A stretch of DNA of 64,000 nt from Mobula hypostoma (taxonomy: Eukaryota): positions 35,838,001-35,902,000 of the forward strand of contig NC_086097.1 of assembly GCF_963921235.1 (NCBI RefSeq), given 5' to 3'. This document shows, piece by piece, positions 49,813 through 62,824 of the stretch. A program made the translations under genes and the position numbers. Below the pieces are notes generated by a model that worked only from the letters and a program-made list of their open reading frames with translations, did not search any database and was not told the DNA's origin. Each line of letters opens with the position of its first letter. Position 1 is the stretch's first letter.

Positions 49813-50563
49813 TTGAAAACATCTTTCACTTTTGATTTATAAACAAAAATTGGGATTTAATTTCTATCTGACAACTTATGGTTTTCAACAATTATTTAAT
49901 CAAATTGTAAAAATAAACCAACATCTAAATCAATTTTTCATTACAATTAGAAAGCTCTAACGTCTACAAAATGGAATTTTGTGGGAAGAGTTCTACGGCA
50001 CTTTCATTGAAGCAGATGGTATTTGCATTAACTTGTCAAAATTTTCCATCAATGGGGAAAGAAAGTTTAGAAGTTAGCTGAATAATGAGGACTGGCAGAT
50101 TTAGTGTTTCTAAAGTAAAATCAGCTGAAGCAAGGTTGACAGAGAAGCCCCTAATTGGAGCATCAGAGAATTTGGATCTGAGTGGAATCAAGTGCCAAGG
50201 TACAACAAGGTTAGATTTGTTTTAGAGGTAAATTTAGTCATTGTTTTCTGTAGACTACTAACCACAAATACATTTTGCTCTTGGGTTACACTTTTATCTA
50301 ACAGCTGACAAAAAATTTGACAGATCTTGCAATGGACATTTTATTGAGTGGCCTTCTTTTAAATTCACATGCAGGATATTGACAGTTCTGGCAAGGAAAA
50401 GAGCAGAAGGCATGCCACCTCTGTGTATAATTATCCAAGTTGCTCTTCCAAGCCTTCAAAATGATCATTTATTTAACCGACGTACACTCAGTAACTCCTT
50501 TATTAGGTAGGCCTGCTTGTTAATGCAAATATCTAATCAGCCAAACCTGTAGCAGCAACTCAA

Positions 50564-52286
50564 AGTACACTTATTATCCATGTACATATATGTCACCGCA
50601 TACAACCCTGAGATTTATTTTCTTGTGAGCTTACGCAATAAATCCAAAACAGGGTAATAACCATAATGGAATCAAAGAAAGACCACACTGACTTGCCGTT
50701 CAACCAGTGTGCAAAAGACAACAAATTGTGCAATTACAAAAAGTAAGAAATAATAATAACAATAAATGAACAGACAATAAATATCGAGAACCTGAGATGA
50801 AGGTTCCTTGAAAGTGAGTCTATAGATTGTGGGAACTTTTCAATGACAGGGCAAGTGAAGTTGAGTGAAGTTATCCCCTTTGATTCAAGAGCCTGATCGT
50901 TGAGAGGAAATAACTGTTCCTGAACCTGGTAGTGTGAATCCTGAGGCTCCTGTACCTTCTTCCTGATGGCAGAAGCATGACCAGGGTGGTGGGGGTCCCT
51001 GATGATGGATGCTGCTTTCCTGCAATAATACTTTGTGTAGGTGAGCTCAGTGGTGGGGAGGGTTTCACCCATGATGGACTGGGCCATATCTACTACTTTT
51101 GAAGCATTTTCCCTTTCATGGCAGTGGTGTTTCCACACCAGGCTGTGATGCAGCCAGTCAATATACTCTCCACCACACATCTATAGAAGTTTGTCAAAGT
51201 TTTAGATGTCATGCCAAATCTTGGCAAACTCCTAAGGAAGTAGAGGCATTGTTATGCTTTCTTTGTAATTGCATCACATGCCGGGCCTCGGACAGGTCCT
51301 TCAAAACGTGCCACCATTCAGCCAGATTTTCAATCTCCCTTCTATATACTGATTTGTCACCATTTTTGATTCGGCCTATGACAGAGGCATCATTGCAAAC
51401 TTGAATTTGGTATTGTAGCTGTGCTTCGCCAAATCGCATTGAATGTGAGGCTGTAGTTGACAAAGGGCATCCGATGCCTGCATCTTTGCCGTCCAGGTGT
51501 TCCAGGGTTGAGTGAAGAGCCGATGAGATGGCATCTGCTGTGTTCTTGTTGCACCGGTAGGCAAACTGGAGCAGATTGAAGTTGTTTCTCAGGCAGGAGT
51601 TGAAATGATTCATCACCAACCTCTCAAAGCATTTCGTCTCTGAGGATGTAAGTGCTATTGGACAATAATCATTGAGGTAGGGTACCATATTCCTCTTGGG
51701 CACTGGTACAAGTGAAGCCTACTTGAAGCAGTTGGGTACCTCAGGTTGCTGAAGAGAGAGAGGTTAAAGATCTCAGTGAACACTCCAGCCAACTGATCAG
51801 CACAGTTGTTAGTACTTGGCCAGATACCCTGTCAGGGCCGGATGCTTTTTGTGGGTTCACTCTCCTGAAAGCTGATCGCATGTTGTCTTCAGAGACTAAA
51901 ATCACCGGATCATCAGGGGCTGTGGGAGTTCATGATGGTTCCTCCATGTTTTGATGGTCAAAGGGAGCATAGGAGGCATTGAGCTCATCTGGAAGTGAAG
52001 CCCTGTTGTTGCCAATGTTGTTTGATTTAACTTTGTAAGAGGTGATAGCAATCAAGCCCTGTCACGACTGTCGACTGTCCTTTGTTGATTCAAGTTTAGA
52101 CAGGAATTGCTACGTCACCCATGAGATGGCTTTCCAGAGATTGTACCTGGACCTCGTGTAACCTTTCTTCATTACCAGACTTAAATGCCTCTGATCTGAT
52201 CCTCAGCAGATTGCAGATCTCCTGGTTCAACGAGGGCTTCTGGTTGGGGAAGACTCTGAATGGTTTTGTGCAGATGCACTGGTCTA
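50564..52286 (-). mobile_element. Rex1/Babar-like LINE inserted in the Tc1, 8-bp TSD
   Basis: TSD CAACTCAA at 50556-50563 and 52287-52294. RT motifs LNDYCPIALTS..KCFERLV and QFAYR..KNTADAI; C-terminus LLPSGRRYRSL. Confidence 0.88.
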
Positions 52287-53933
52287 CAACTCAATGCATA
52301 AAAGCATGCAGGCATAGTCAAGGGATTCAGTTGTTGCTCAAACCAAACATCAGAATGGGGAAGAAATGTGATCTAAGTGATTTTGACCATGGAGGGATTG
52401 TTGGTGAGGGCAGGGTGCTTTGAGTAATTCAGAAACCGCTGATCTCCTGGAATTTTCACGCAAACAGCCTCTAAAGCAGTGGTTCCAAAGTGGACAGTAT
52501 CACCCTGCACCTGGGGGGCAATGGGAATCTCTAAGGGGCAAAAAAGATTAAGGGGGTGTTGGGGGTACTTTGTAGTAAGAGGGTGGCAGCTGAGGGATTA
52601 CCGGTTTAATTTAAGAAACAAATTATTTATTATAAGCAATTGATACTCAATGCTTAATTATTAATTACAATGATCACATAATCACCTAATCTCTTACTAA
52701 CCCATTGTTATCTTAGACTTTGCTCAAAGCGCATTATAGCTGTGAAAAGCAATGTGACACTTCTGTATTTGGCGTATCATGAGAAATCATGTTGTTTCCA
52801 GGCCGAGCCCATACAATATTGCTGCTCGCTTCTGCAGTACAGATTTATCTGGTACAATTCCCATACTCTAATCACACAGTGATGCATTTCCTGTGAATTA
52901 GGGTATGGCGTTCAATGGGGTAAAGTTCAGAATCTGCTCTTTTCACTGGTCTTCACCGCTCTTTTTTAGCCCACGGCCCAACCAAGCTATCGCTATACTT
53001 TATGTACCTTCAGGCAGAGTCAGGTTTTTCTGAGCTTCAACGATGTCGTAACTTTGCCCTTAATTGATCACAAAACTTGAAGTTGAACTTAAACAATAGG
53101 CGATTGACTATGGTTGCTAATCCATAACATAAATGGCAGAAGCAGACCAAAGGAAAAAGTGTAGACAATATAGTGTGGAGTATCTGAATTTATACCAGCA
53201 CCAAGTAACCAACAGCAGCCAATGTGTCTGTCATATGAAAACAATTTTTCAAATGATGCAATGAAAATGTCCAGACTCCTTGAACATTTGAAGAGGATAC
53301 AATCTGATAAAGCAAACAAGAACTTGGCTTATTTTCAGTCACTTCATAAAAACTTTCAGAAACGAAAAGCACTTCAAAACATGTTTGCCAACACTTCACA
53401 ACTAAACAGTGATAGTTTGTGTGCTTCATACATTTCAATGCTCATTGCTAAATCTGGAAAGCCCCATGCAATTGGAGAAGAACTGATTGCACCAACAGTA
53501 AAGGAGGTTCTGAGTACAGTTTTATGTAAGTGAACAGAGCAAATAAAGCAATTCCCCTCAGCGACAACTCTTTTCAAAGACAAATAGATGAAATGTCTGA
53601 AGACGTGGAAGACACGTTGTGCTACATACTTAGGACAACAGAATATGCTCTGCAGTTGGATGAGTCAACTTTGCCAGGCAATGTATCTTTTCTTCTTGGT
53701 TACTTGCAAGGAGACGAGAAAAAAATACAAAGTAGGAGTCAATATTTTGGGTTGATGAGCAATTTTTCAAAGAGAATGACATTTTTGCCTGTGGAATAGA
53801 TGGGGCATTATCAATGACAGGACACCACCGCGGGGTTATTGCTTTCTTGAAAAAAGCTGTATTTAACATTTACCATTCACCAGGTAATTCACAGGCAACA
53901 TTTTGTCGCAAAAAACCTCAGTGATCAGATGCA

Positions 53934-54581
53934 TGTTATAGAACATAGAATAGTACAGCACAGTACAGGCCCTTCGGCCCACAATGTTGTGCTGACCCTC
54001 AAACCCTGCCTCCCATATAAGCCCCCACCTTAAATTCCTCCATATACCTGCCCAGTAGTCTCTTAAACTTCACTAGTGTATCTGCCTCCACCACTGACTC
54101 AGGCAGTGTATTCCACGCACCAACCACTCTCTGAGTAAAAAACCTTCCTCTAATATCCCCTTTGAACTTCCCACCCCTTACCTTAAAGCCATGTCTCCTT
54201 GTATTGAGCAGTGGTGCCCTGGGGAAGAGGCGCTGGCTATCCACTCTATCTATTCCTCTTAATATCTTGTATACCTCTATCATGTCTCCTCTCATCCTCC
54301 TTCTCTCCAAAGAGTAAAGCCCTAGCTCCCTTAATCTCTGTTTTGTAACTCCAAAACATAAAACTATTCTCAAAAAAAACACGGAAGTGCTGGGGATAAC
54401 TCTTGTGTATTTTATTTTCACTTCAGTGAAGCACGCACATATGACATAGTGGCGTAACGACTTATGTTATTCACGTACTTCATACATATAACGATAAAGA
54501 ATTATGTAAACAAAGAATGCATAATCAAACAATATATTTACAATATCACTCAAGTATTACTGAAATATTAAATACAAAACA
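53934..54581 (-). mobile_element. Probable solo LTR (~250 bp net), interrupted by a CR1 stub
   Basis: TGTT...AACA termini; 5-bp TSD ATGCA (53929-53933) / CTGCA (54582-54586); TTTATT (minus-strand polyA signal). Removing it restores transposase NLSDQLHKSLNTVI. Confidence 0.65.
53939..54340 (-). mobile_element. Young CR1 3' fragment
   Basis: QRLRELGLYSLERRRMRGDMIEVYKI...GGRV; near-identical reverse complement of ~20285-20690. Confidence 0.93.
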
Positions 54582-54630
54582 CTGCACAAATCATTAAATA
54601 CTGTTATCACAGTGGTAAGTAAGTTCAAGT

Positions 54631-55189
54631 TTCGTTATCATTTAACCATGCATGAATATAGCCAAATGAAGCCGTGTTCCTCCCCAGTAAAGGTGCAAAA
54701 CACATTACCAACAGCACACAGCACACATCACAGAGCACTTATAGCACATATGGTTATCAAAGCAGAAAAACATAGCCACAGAAAATATAGCCCAAGTCCC
54801 TGAGTGGCATGGCCTGTAGACTAAGTGTGTATGGATTGTTGTGCCAGTTCAGCGTGTTCATTCACCAAGCAAACACTGGAGGGCAGCACTGAGCAAACAC
54901 CAGAGGGCAGCACTGACAGGAGGGGACAGCCCCTAACTCACTATGGATTCCAGTATGCCCAGAGAGGCCTTTGTTCTCTCCCATACCGCCTCCGGTGTCT
55001 CATCCCCTGGGCACTTGCAACAGATGACCCTGCCTAGTCCTCACCACGACCACGGCAATGGAGCTCCCCGCCATCAGTCTCAACAATGAACCAGTGAACT
55101 GGACTTGCAGTATTCTACGTTACCATTGTCCAACAAGTTCTTGTGATCACAAGAAAAATGTCCAAAACAATCACTTGCACCACACACCA
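54631..55189 (-). mobile_element. Unclassified ~560-bp retroposon inserted in the hAT transposase
   Basis: TSD CAAGT at 54626-54630 and 55190-55194. Removing it rejoins TVVSKFK and SHALNS of the transposase. Confidence 0.6.
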
Positions 55190-56624
55190 CAAGTCCCATG
55201 CTCTCAATTCTCAACTATCTTGAGAGCTTTGTATTGAGAATGATGAACAGATTGAATGCTTGCTGTTGTATGCAGGTCAGATAGCTCTCAAAAGAAAACT
55301 GTCTGGGTCACTTCTATGCACTTTTTGAAACGGTGATAAAATTCTTTGAAGACTTGAATGCCTCATTCAGTAATCAACTCAAAAACATTAGGCATGGCAT
55401 TTGCATATTGAGAGAATTATTCATTAAGTTTAATGAACTCAAACTTCAATTGCAAAGAAATAATATGAATCTTATCAAAGTCAAATCAGTCTTCTCCACA
55501 TTTCTGTCCAAGTTAACCTTATTTAAGTGAAACATGGGCTGTCGTGAACTTTTCCAATTTCCAACCCGAATTGGAAGAGGAAGAAATAATACCAGATGAT
55601 GATCTTCAGGTGTACTGTGCCCAGCTGGTGAACTGCACAAAGACATGTCAGAGAGATGTCAAAATCTTCTCTCAATCCAAATTCCAAGTTGGGTAATATA
55701 TACGTTCCTGTACACTCATAAAGAGCAATTAATAGGAAGGATGGAGGAAGAACTAACCTCAGTACAAAATGACTCTGAGCTGAAACCGAAATTCAAAAAG
55801 TCATATCAAGACTATTGGCTGCAGAAAGAAATCTCTGAATGCAATTCTGCACTGTGGGAAAAGGTCAAGATGTTCTTTATTGCCTTTCCAATATCATATT
55901 TAGTGGAGCGCGTTTTCAGTGCTGTTGCCCATCTTCCTTCAGAGCAACGAAACAGACAGTAAATTACTGAGCGCAGGAATCTGAGACTTCTTCTGAGCGA
56001 TATTCAGCCTGACATTGAGAAGCTGATGTCACTGCACCAAGCCCATCCATCTCCGTGACAGGTGAAAAGCGGTGACGTAGTGAATAGCTGAACTTCTAAT
56101 GTATGCTCTAAAATTGCTGATGAAAACTGCAATTAAATAAATAATTTTATTTTTAGCTTTAAATTGATTTGAATACATCTTGCAATTACTTGTTGCTGCT
56201 TTGAATTTATAGTTCCTATTTACTTTCACGGTGCACTGTAAATCAAAATTCTTTATAGTTTTTATGTAATGGCCAGAAAGGGAGAGGGAGGCTGAGGATG
56301 AGGTCTTGGAGCCAAGGGGACGGTAACTTAAAAAAGCTTGGGAACCACTGCTCTAGAGTTTACAGAGAATACCGCAAAATGCAGAAATAAAATATCCAGT
56401 GAACGGCAGTTCTGTGGGTGAAAATGCCTTGTTAATGAGAGAGGTTAGAGGAGAATGGCCCGATTGGTTTGCGCTGACAGGAAGTGACAGTAGCTCAAAT
56501 AACCACCATTGCAACAGTCGTGTGCAGAAGAGCTACTCTGAATGCATAATAAGCCAAACCGTGAAGTAGATAGGCTACGGCAGAAGAAAACGAACATACA
56601 CTCAGTGCGAGGCTATTTTCAGAG

Positions 56625-56946
56625 TCATCATAGAGCCATACAGCATGGAGATAAACCCATCAGACCATGGGGTCCGTGCCGACTCTCAAGCACCCATTTA
56701 CTTTCGTCCCATTTTATTATCCCTATATTCCCATCGTTTGCTTCTTTGGTTCCACCACTCACTACACATTTGACAGAACATACAGTGGCTAGTTAACTTA
56801 TCGACTTTGAGATCTGAGAGGAAACCAGAAGAGCTGAAAGAAACCCACACAATCACAGGTAGAATATGCACACATCGTAGGTCAGGTTCGAACCAGGGTC
56901 ATCTGGGACTGTGAGGCCACAGTTGTACTAATTGCCCCACTGTGCC
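56625..56946 (-). mobile_element. Degraded tRNA-derived V-domain SINE
   Basis: Minus strand shows a GGCACAGTGG head, B-box-like GGTTCGAACC, V-domain remnant GTGTGGGTTTCTTTCAGCTCTTCTGGTTTCCTC and a CR1-like tail. Confidence 0.65.
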
Positions 56947-57594
56947 ATCCAGCTACAGAAGAAAAGCTTAGAAATTTTTCAGCTTAATATTCAAAACCAA
57001 ATGTTGTTCAGGCAAAAAAATGATGCTTACATGGCATCAGCAAATGTTGCATATATTTGTAGCATCAGCTCACTCAGAAACAAGGACAGACTTTGTGGTG
57101 TTACAAGATCTTGCACCCCTCCATTGTTACTCTGCTGTTTAACTTATCCAATAAACATGCAGTGGCCAAAATTTGTTTTTGGAGAGATTTTCATGGAAAT
57201 TGGTTTAGAATTCAATTGGTGCTGTTCAGTCCGAGAACCACTAACTTTTGGTAATGTTAAGGCTCAAACAGGATTTTATTTGGCAATCAAATCCATATTG
57301 CTGTTCTACCATCTGTAGCCTATCCAATGCACTTAGCTGCAAACATGACCTCTATAGAGCTCAACCAAAATGCATCTGCCAAAAAACAAGACAATGATTC
57401 ACAATAAGCCCCTGAACTCTGCTACCCTGCTGGCTTGGAGATGAACAACTATTATCTATAGTATGTACACTTAAATATAAGTATGTATCTGTATATAAAT
57501 TATATGCATTATTCCCTCAAACCCTCATCCCTCACCTCTGACTAATCAGATGTTATTTATCGAAATGAATGTACTAGTCTGGTGATCTTCTCTG

Positions 57595-60500
57595 GTTCAT
57601 AGAGGGCTGCATTTTGAGAGGGAGAATCTACAATTGGATGTATCGGTTTACAGCTGAATAACGGTAACTACACCGGCATGGGAGAGGAGTTGTGGATGGG
57701 GGTACTAGCAGGGATGGCATTAGAGCAGCAACGGCTACAGTTCCTGTGAGAAGTTTGGACGAAGCAGGATTGGTTGAACCCAAAGATGAAAAAAGTATTC
57801 TGAAGGCGGGATGAGGCAACAGTGGCTGTCAAGGGAAGTCAAAGACAGCATAAAAGCAAAAGAGAGGGCAAACAATAGACCAAGAAACAGTGGGAAGCTA
57901 GAGCTTTGGGAAGCTTTCAAACAACAAAAAAAAAGGCAAATTAAAACAGAACAGATGACATATGAAAGTAAGCCAGGCAATAATATAAAAGAGGATGCCA
58001 AAAGTTTTTTTCCCCAGATAAAGAGTAAAAGAGAGGCAAGAGTAGACGTCAGACTGCTGGAAAATTATGCTGGAGAGGTAGTAATAGGAGCAAAGAAATG
58101 GTAGATGAACTGGATAAGTACTTTGCAATAGTCTCCACTGTAGAAGACACCAGAATTGCGCTATTTGTTCCAGAGTACCATGGGACAGGAGTGAGTTCAG
58201 TTGCTATTATTAAGGTTTGCTTGGGAAGCTGCAAGATCTGAAGGTAGATGAGTCACCTGGACCAGATGAACTATACCCAGGAGTTCTGGAAGAGGTAGTT
58301 GAAGAGATTGTGGAGGCATTAGTAATGATCTTTCAAGAATCACTAGATTCTAGATGGTTTCAGAGGTCTGGAAAAACACAAATGTCACTCTACTCTGTAA
58401 CGTAGGGAGACAAAAAACAGGATATTATAGAGCTGTTAGCCTGACTTCAGAGGTTGGCAAGATGTTAGAATTCATTATTATGGATGAGATTTCAGGATAC
58501 CATTATTAGAAAGTAAGTTCTTGTGAAACTGAAAGTATTGAAGGTAGATAAGTCACCTGAACTGGATGGTGTATATCCAAGGGTTCCGAAAAAGGTGGCT
58601 GGAGAGATTGTTAAGGCACTAGTTTTGATCTTTCAAGAATCTCTAGATTATGGAATGGTTCTGGAAGACTAGAAAATTGCAAATGTCACTCCACTCTTCA
58701 AGAAGGGTGAGAGGCAGAAGAATGGAAACTATAAACAGTTAGTCTGACCTCAGTGGTTGGAAAGATGTTGGAATAGATTAAGGATGTGGTTTTGGTATAC
58801 TAGGAGGCGCATGATAAAATAGGCCATAGTCAGCGTGGTTTCCTCAAGGGAAATCTAGCCTGACAAATCTTTTGTAATTCTTTGAAGAAATAATAAGCAA
58901 GGTAGACTAAAGGGAATAGGTTGATGTTTGGATTTTCAGAAGGTCTTTGACAAGGTACCACATATGAGGCAATGAGCCCATGGTATTAGAGAAGATTCTA
59001 GCATGGATAAAGCAGTGGCTGATTGGTAGGAGGCAAAGAGTGGGAAAAAAGGGAGCCTTTTTCTGGTAGACTGTCAGTAACTAGTAGTGTTCCACAGAGG
59101 TCTATGTTGGGACCAATTCTTTTTATGTTATATGTCAATGATTTGGATGATAGAATTGATGGCTTTGTTGCAAAGCTTGTAGATTATATGAAGATAGGTG
59201 GAGGAGCAGGTAGTTTTGAGAAAGTAGAGGGGCTACAGAAGGACTTAGACAGATTAGGAGAATGGGCAAAGAAATGGCAGATGGAATATAGTGATGGAAA
59301 GTGAATGACCATGCACTTTGGTAAAAGAAATTAAAGGCTTGATTATTTTCTAAATTGAGAGAAAACACAAAAAAAAGGGATGCAAAGGGACTTGAGAGTC
59401 CTTGTGCAGGATTCCCTAAAGGTTAATTTGCAGGTTATGTCTATGGTGATGATGGCAAATGTGATGTTATCATTCACTTCAAGAAGACGAGAATATAAAA
59501 GCATGGATTTAATGATCAGACTTTATAAAACACTGGTAGGGCCTCACTTGGAGTATTGAGAGCAGTTTTGGGCCCCTTATCTTAGCAAGGATGTGCTAAA
59601 AATGAAGAGGGTTCAAAGGAGGTTCAGAAAAATGATTCTAAGATCGAACAGCTTGTCATATGAACAGCATCTGATGGCTCTGAGCCTCTATTCACTAGAA
59701 TTCATACGAATGAGGGGTGACCTCATTGAAACCTATCAAATGGTGAAAGGCCTTGATAGAATGGATGGGTAGATGATGTTTCCTATGGTGGGAGAGTCTA
59801 AGACCAGAGGACACAGGCTCAGAATAGAGGGGTGTCCTTTTAGAATGGAGATTAGGAGGAATTTCTTTAGCCAGAGGGTTGTAAATCTGTAGAATTCTTT
59901 GCCACAGGCAGCCGTGGAGGCCAAGTCTTTATGTATACTTAAGGCAGAGGTTGATAGCTTTTTGATTGGTCAGGTCATGAGGGGATACGGGGAGAAGGCA
60001 GGAATCTGGCGGAGCAGACTCGATGGGCCAAATAACCTAATTCTGCTGGTCTTATGGTCTTATACTAGGATGGCACAGATTAAAATTGGCTGTTCATTGT
60101 TTCCTTAAGGGAAAAATCTTGCCTGGCAACACTTTTGGAAATCTTTGAGGAAATAACAGGCAGGATAAACAAAATTGGATCAGTGGATGTTGCTTTCTTG
60201 GATTTTCAGAAGGCCTTCTACAAGTTGCCGCAAATGAGGCCACTAAACAAGTTAAGAGCTCCTGGTATTACAGGAAAGATACTTGCATGGGAAGAAGACT
60301 GGCTGATTGACAGGAGGAAAACAGTGGGAATAAATCTATTCTGGTTGGCTGCTGGCGACTTGTGGTGCTCCGCAGGAGTCGATGTTGGATCTGCTACTTT
60401 CCATGTTACATGTTAATTTTCTAAATGACTGAATTTATGTCCTTGTGACCAAGTTTGCAGATAGCACAAAGATAGGTGGGTCGGTAGTGTTGACAAAGCA

Positions 60501-61332
60501 GGGAATCTGCAGAAGGACATGGACATATTAGGAGAATGGGTTAAAAAGTAGCAGATTGAATACAGCGTAGGGAACTGCATGGTCATGTACTTTGGTAGAA
60601 GGATTAAAGGTGCAGACTATTTTTTAAATGGGGAGTGAATTCAGAAATAATAGGTGCAAAGGTACTGGCGAGATTGAGTGCAGAATTCCCTAAAAGTTAA
60701 CTTGCAGGAAGGCAAGTAGAATATGAGCATTCATTTTGAGAGGAGCAGAATACACAAGCAAGGATGTAATGCCGATGCGTTATAAGCCATTGGTCAGACC
60801 ACATTCAGAGTATTGTGAGCAGCTTTACACCCCACATCTAAGAAAGAATGGAATGGCATGTGAGGGTCTGAAGGAGGTTTACGTGAATGATCCCAGGAAT
60901 GAAAGGGTTAATGTATGAGGAATATTCGATGACTTTGGGCCTGTACTCACTGGAGTTTAAAAGAATGTGAGAGGAAACTCATTGAAACCTTCCAAGTGGA
61001 CCTGAAGAAAATATTTCCTATAGTGGGGGAGTCTGACACCAGACGGCACTGCCTCAGCATAGAAGACATCCCTTTGGAACAGAGATGAGGAGCAATCTCA
61101 TCAGTCAGAGGGTGGTGAATCTGCGGAATTCATCACCACAGATGGATGTGGGGGTCAATTCGTCAGGCATATTTAAAGTGGAGATTGATAGCTTCGTGAA
61201 CAGTCAGTATGTCAAGGGTTAAGGGGAGAATGCAGAAGAGTGAGATTGGAAGCTGCATCAGCCATGACTGAGTGGTGGAGCAGACTTGATGGACTAAGTA
61301 AGCTAATTCTGCTCCTATGCCTTATGGTCTTA
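57595..61332 (+). mobile_element. Old CR1 LINE ORF2, split into 57595-58500 and 60063-61332
   Basis: QQWLSREVKDSIKAKE and DESPGPDE; after the insert it resumes with FEEITGRI...FLDFQKAF; TCTTATGG tail near 61325. Confidence 0.85.
58501..60062 (+). mobile_element. Second CR1 LINE inserted in the same orientation into the older CR1
   Basis: Repeats the LKVDKSP region and runs through RT (VPQRSMLGP) to its own TCTTATGGTCTTAT tail at ~60050-60062. Confidence 0.85.
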
Positions 61333-61689
61333 TGGGCCTCCACTTGAGGCCAAGTCAGATCTTTTCATATTCTCCATCCAATAATCATACAGTGTTCAAC
61401 TTAGCTCTGAATTCCTTCATTCATAGTTGTCTCTGGCACCAGAAGGTGACTGAAAGCATTGGCATATCCCTGGCATTTACTGACTTGAGAAGCAATTGTA
61501 TATTCACTCAGTCTAGAATTGAAAGCTCATCTTTGAACTTGCAAGGAACTATTGATTGACACTGGTTTCATTTCATAGACCCTGGAACTCAGAGATATGT
61601 GACGAATGTAAATGGTGAAGTGACGTCCATAAATATGCCAGTAGAACCCCTGGTCTTCAAATATAGAGTCATCTGTACAGCACTGTAGT

Positions 61690-62772
61690 ATCAGAACACT
61701 ACAGCACTGAAACAGGTCCTTTGGGTGAACCATTAATCTACCTAGTCCCATTGAACCATAGTCATCCAAACCCCTCACATCTACTGTACGTACCTATCCG
61801 AATTTCTCTTAAATGTTAAAATTGAACCATATCCAACACTTACACTGGCAGCTTATTCCACACTCTCACCACCCTCTGAATGGAGAAGTTTCCCCACATG
61901 TTCCCCTTAAACATTTCACCTTTCACTCTTAACCCATGACCTCTAGTTGTAGTATCACCCAACCTGTGTCTCATATTTACCCTACCTATACCCCTTAACA
62001 TTTTGTATACCGCTATCAAATCTCCCCTCAATCTTCTACAATCCAGGGAATAAAGTTCTAACCTGTACAACCTGTTCCTGTACCTCAGGTCCTCCAGTCC
62101 CAGCAACATTTTTGTAAATGGTCTCTGCACTCTTTCAATCTGATTTACAACTTTCCTTTAGATAGGTGACCAAAACTGCCCACAATACTCCAAATTAGGC
62201 CTCACCAACATCTTATACAATTTTACCATAACATCCCAACTACTATACTCAGTACATTGACTTATGAAGGCCAAAGTGCTGAACAATTTCTTAATGACCG
62301 TATCGACCCAACACCACTTTCCTTTGTTCAAACCACACTCCTCAGTATCCTACTGCTCACTATGTGAGTCCTATCCTGGTTCGTCCTCCCAAAGTGCAAC
62401 ATCTCACACTTGTGTGCATTAAATTCCACCTGCCATTTTTCAGCCCAATTTTCCAGCTGGTCCAGATCCCACTGAAAGCTTTGACAGTCTTTGTCACTGT
62501 CTACTACGCCCCCAATTTTGGTGTCATTCACAAATTTGCTGATCCAATTTACCACATTATCATTCAAATTGTTGATACAGATGACAAACAATAACGGACC
62601 CAGCACTGATCCCTGTGGCACACCACTAGTCACAGGCCTCCAGTCAGAGAGGCAACCATCTACAAGTACTCTCTGGCTTCTTTTGCAAAGCCAATGTCTC
62701 ATCCAATTTACTACCTCACCTTGAATGCCGAGTGACTGAACCTTCTTGAACAACCTCGCATGCAGGACCTTG
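61690..62772 (-). mobile_element. 5'-truncated CR1 LINE (RT and 3' end)
   Basis: [35 protein letters not shown] and RRLRGDLIAVYK. Confidence 0.9.
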
Positions 62773-62824
62773 TTTTCATTTACTTTCCTCGTAACTTTTT
62801 TCTCATAACATTAGCTTTAGCTAA

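Larger units (their letters stand above)
53133..56058 (+). pseudogene. hAT Buster/Charlie transposase, disrupted by stops and nested insertions
   Basis: MAEADQRKKCRQYSVEYL, PMCL, LIAKSGKPHAIGEELI, IPLSDNS, ALQLDEST, DGA.SM.G, IHRQH.VAK, FPISYLVERVFS and HQAHPS*. Confidence 0.9.
52477..56350 (+). mobile_element. hAT-Charlie/Buster DNA transposon, full length but disrupted
   Basis: TIRs CAGTGGTTCCAAAG and CTTGGGAACCACTG; 8-bp TSD CTCTAAAG (52469-52476) / CTCTAGAG (56351-56358), matching the NTCTAGAN target preference. Confidence 0.93.
50485..56607 (+). mobile_element. Non-autonomous Tc1-like element in three pieces (50485-50563, 52287-52476, 56351-56607)
   Basis: TA|CACTCAGT...TTTATTAGGTA terminus. 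The Tc1 transposase N-terminus (MGKKCDLSDFD.G.IVG...ETADLLEFS) continues after the hAT as SRVYRE...SSERQFCG.KCLVNERG.RRMARLV.ADRK. Confidence 0.85.

Noticed and set aside
53133..56058. Domesticated host gene such as SCAND3 or ZBED8
   Set aside because: It is bounded by TIRs and a TSD and broken by stops, frameshifts and nested insertions.
56880..56946. tRNA gene
   Set aside because: The B-box-like GGTTCGAACC belongs to a decayed SINE head and no cloverleaf forms.
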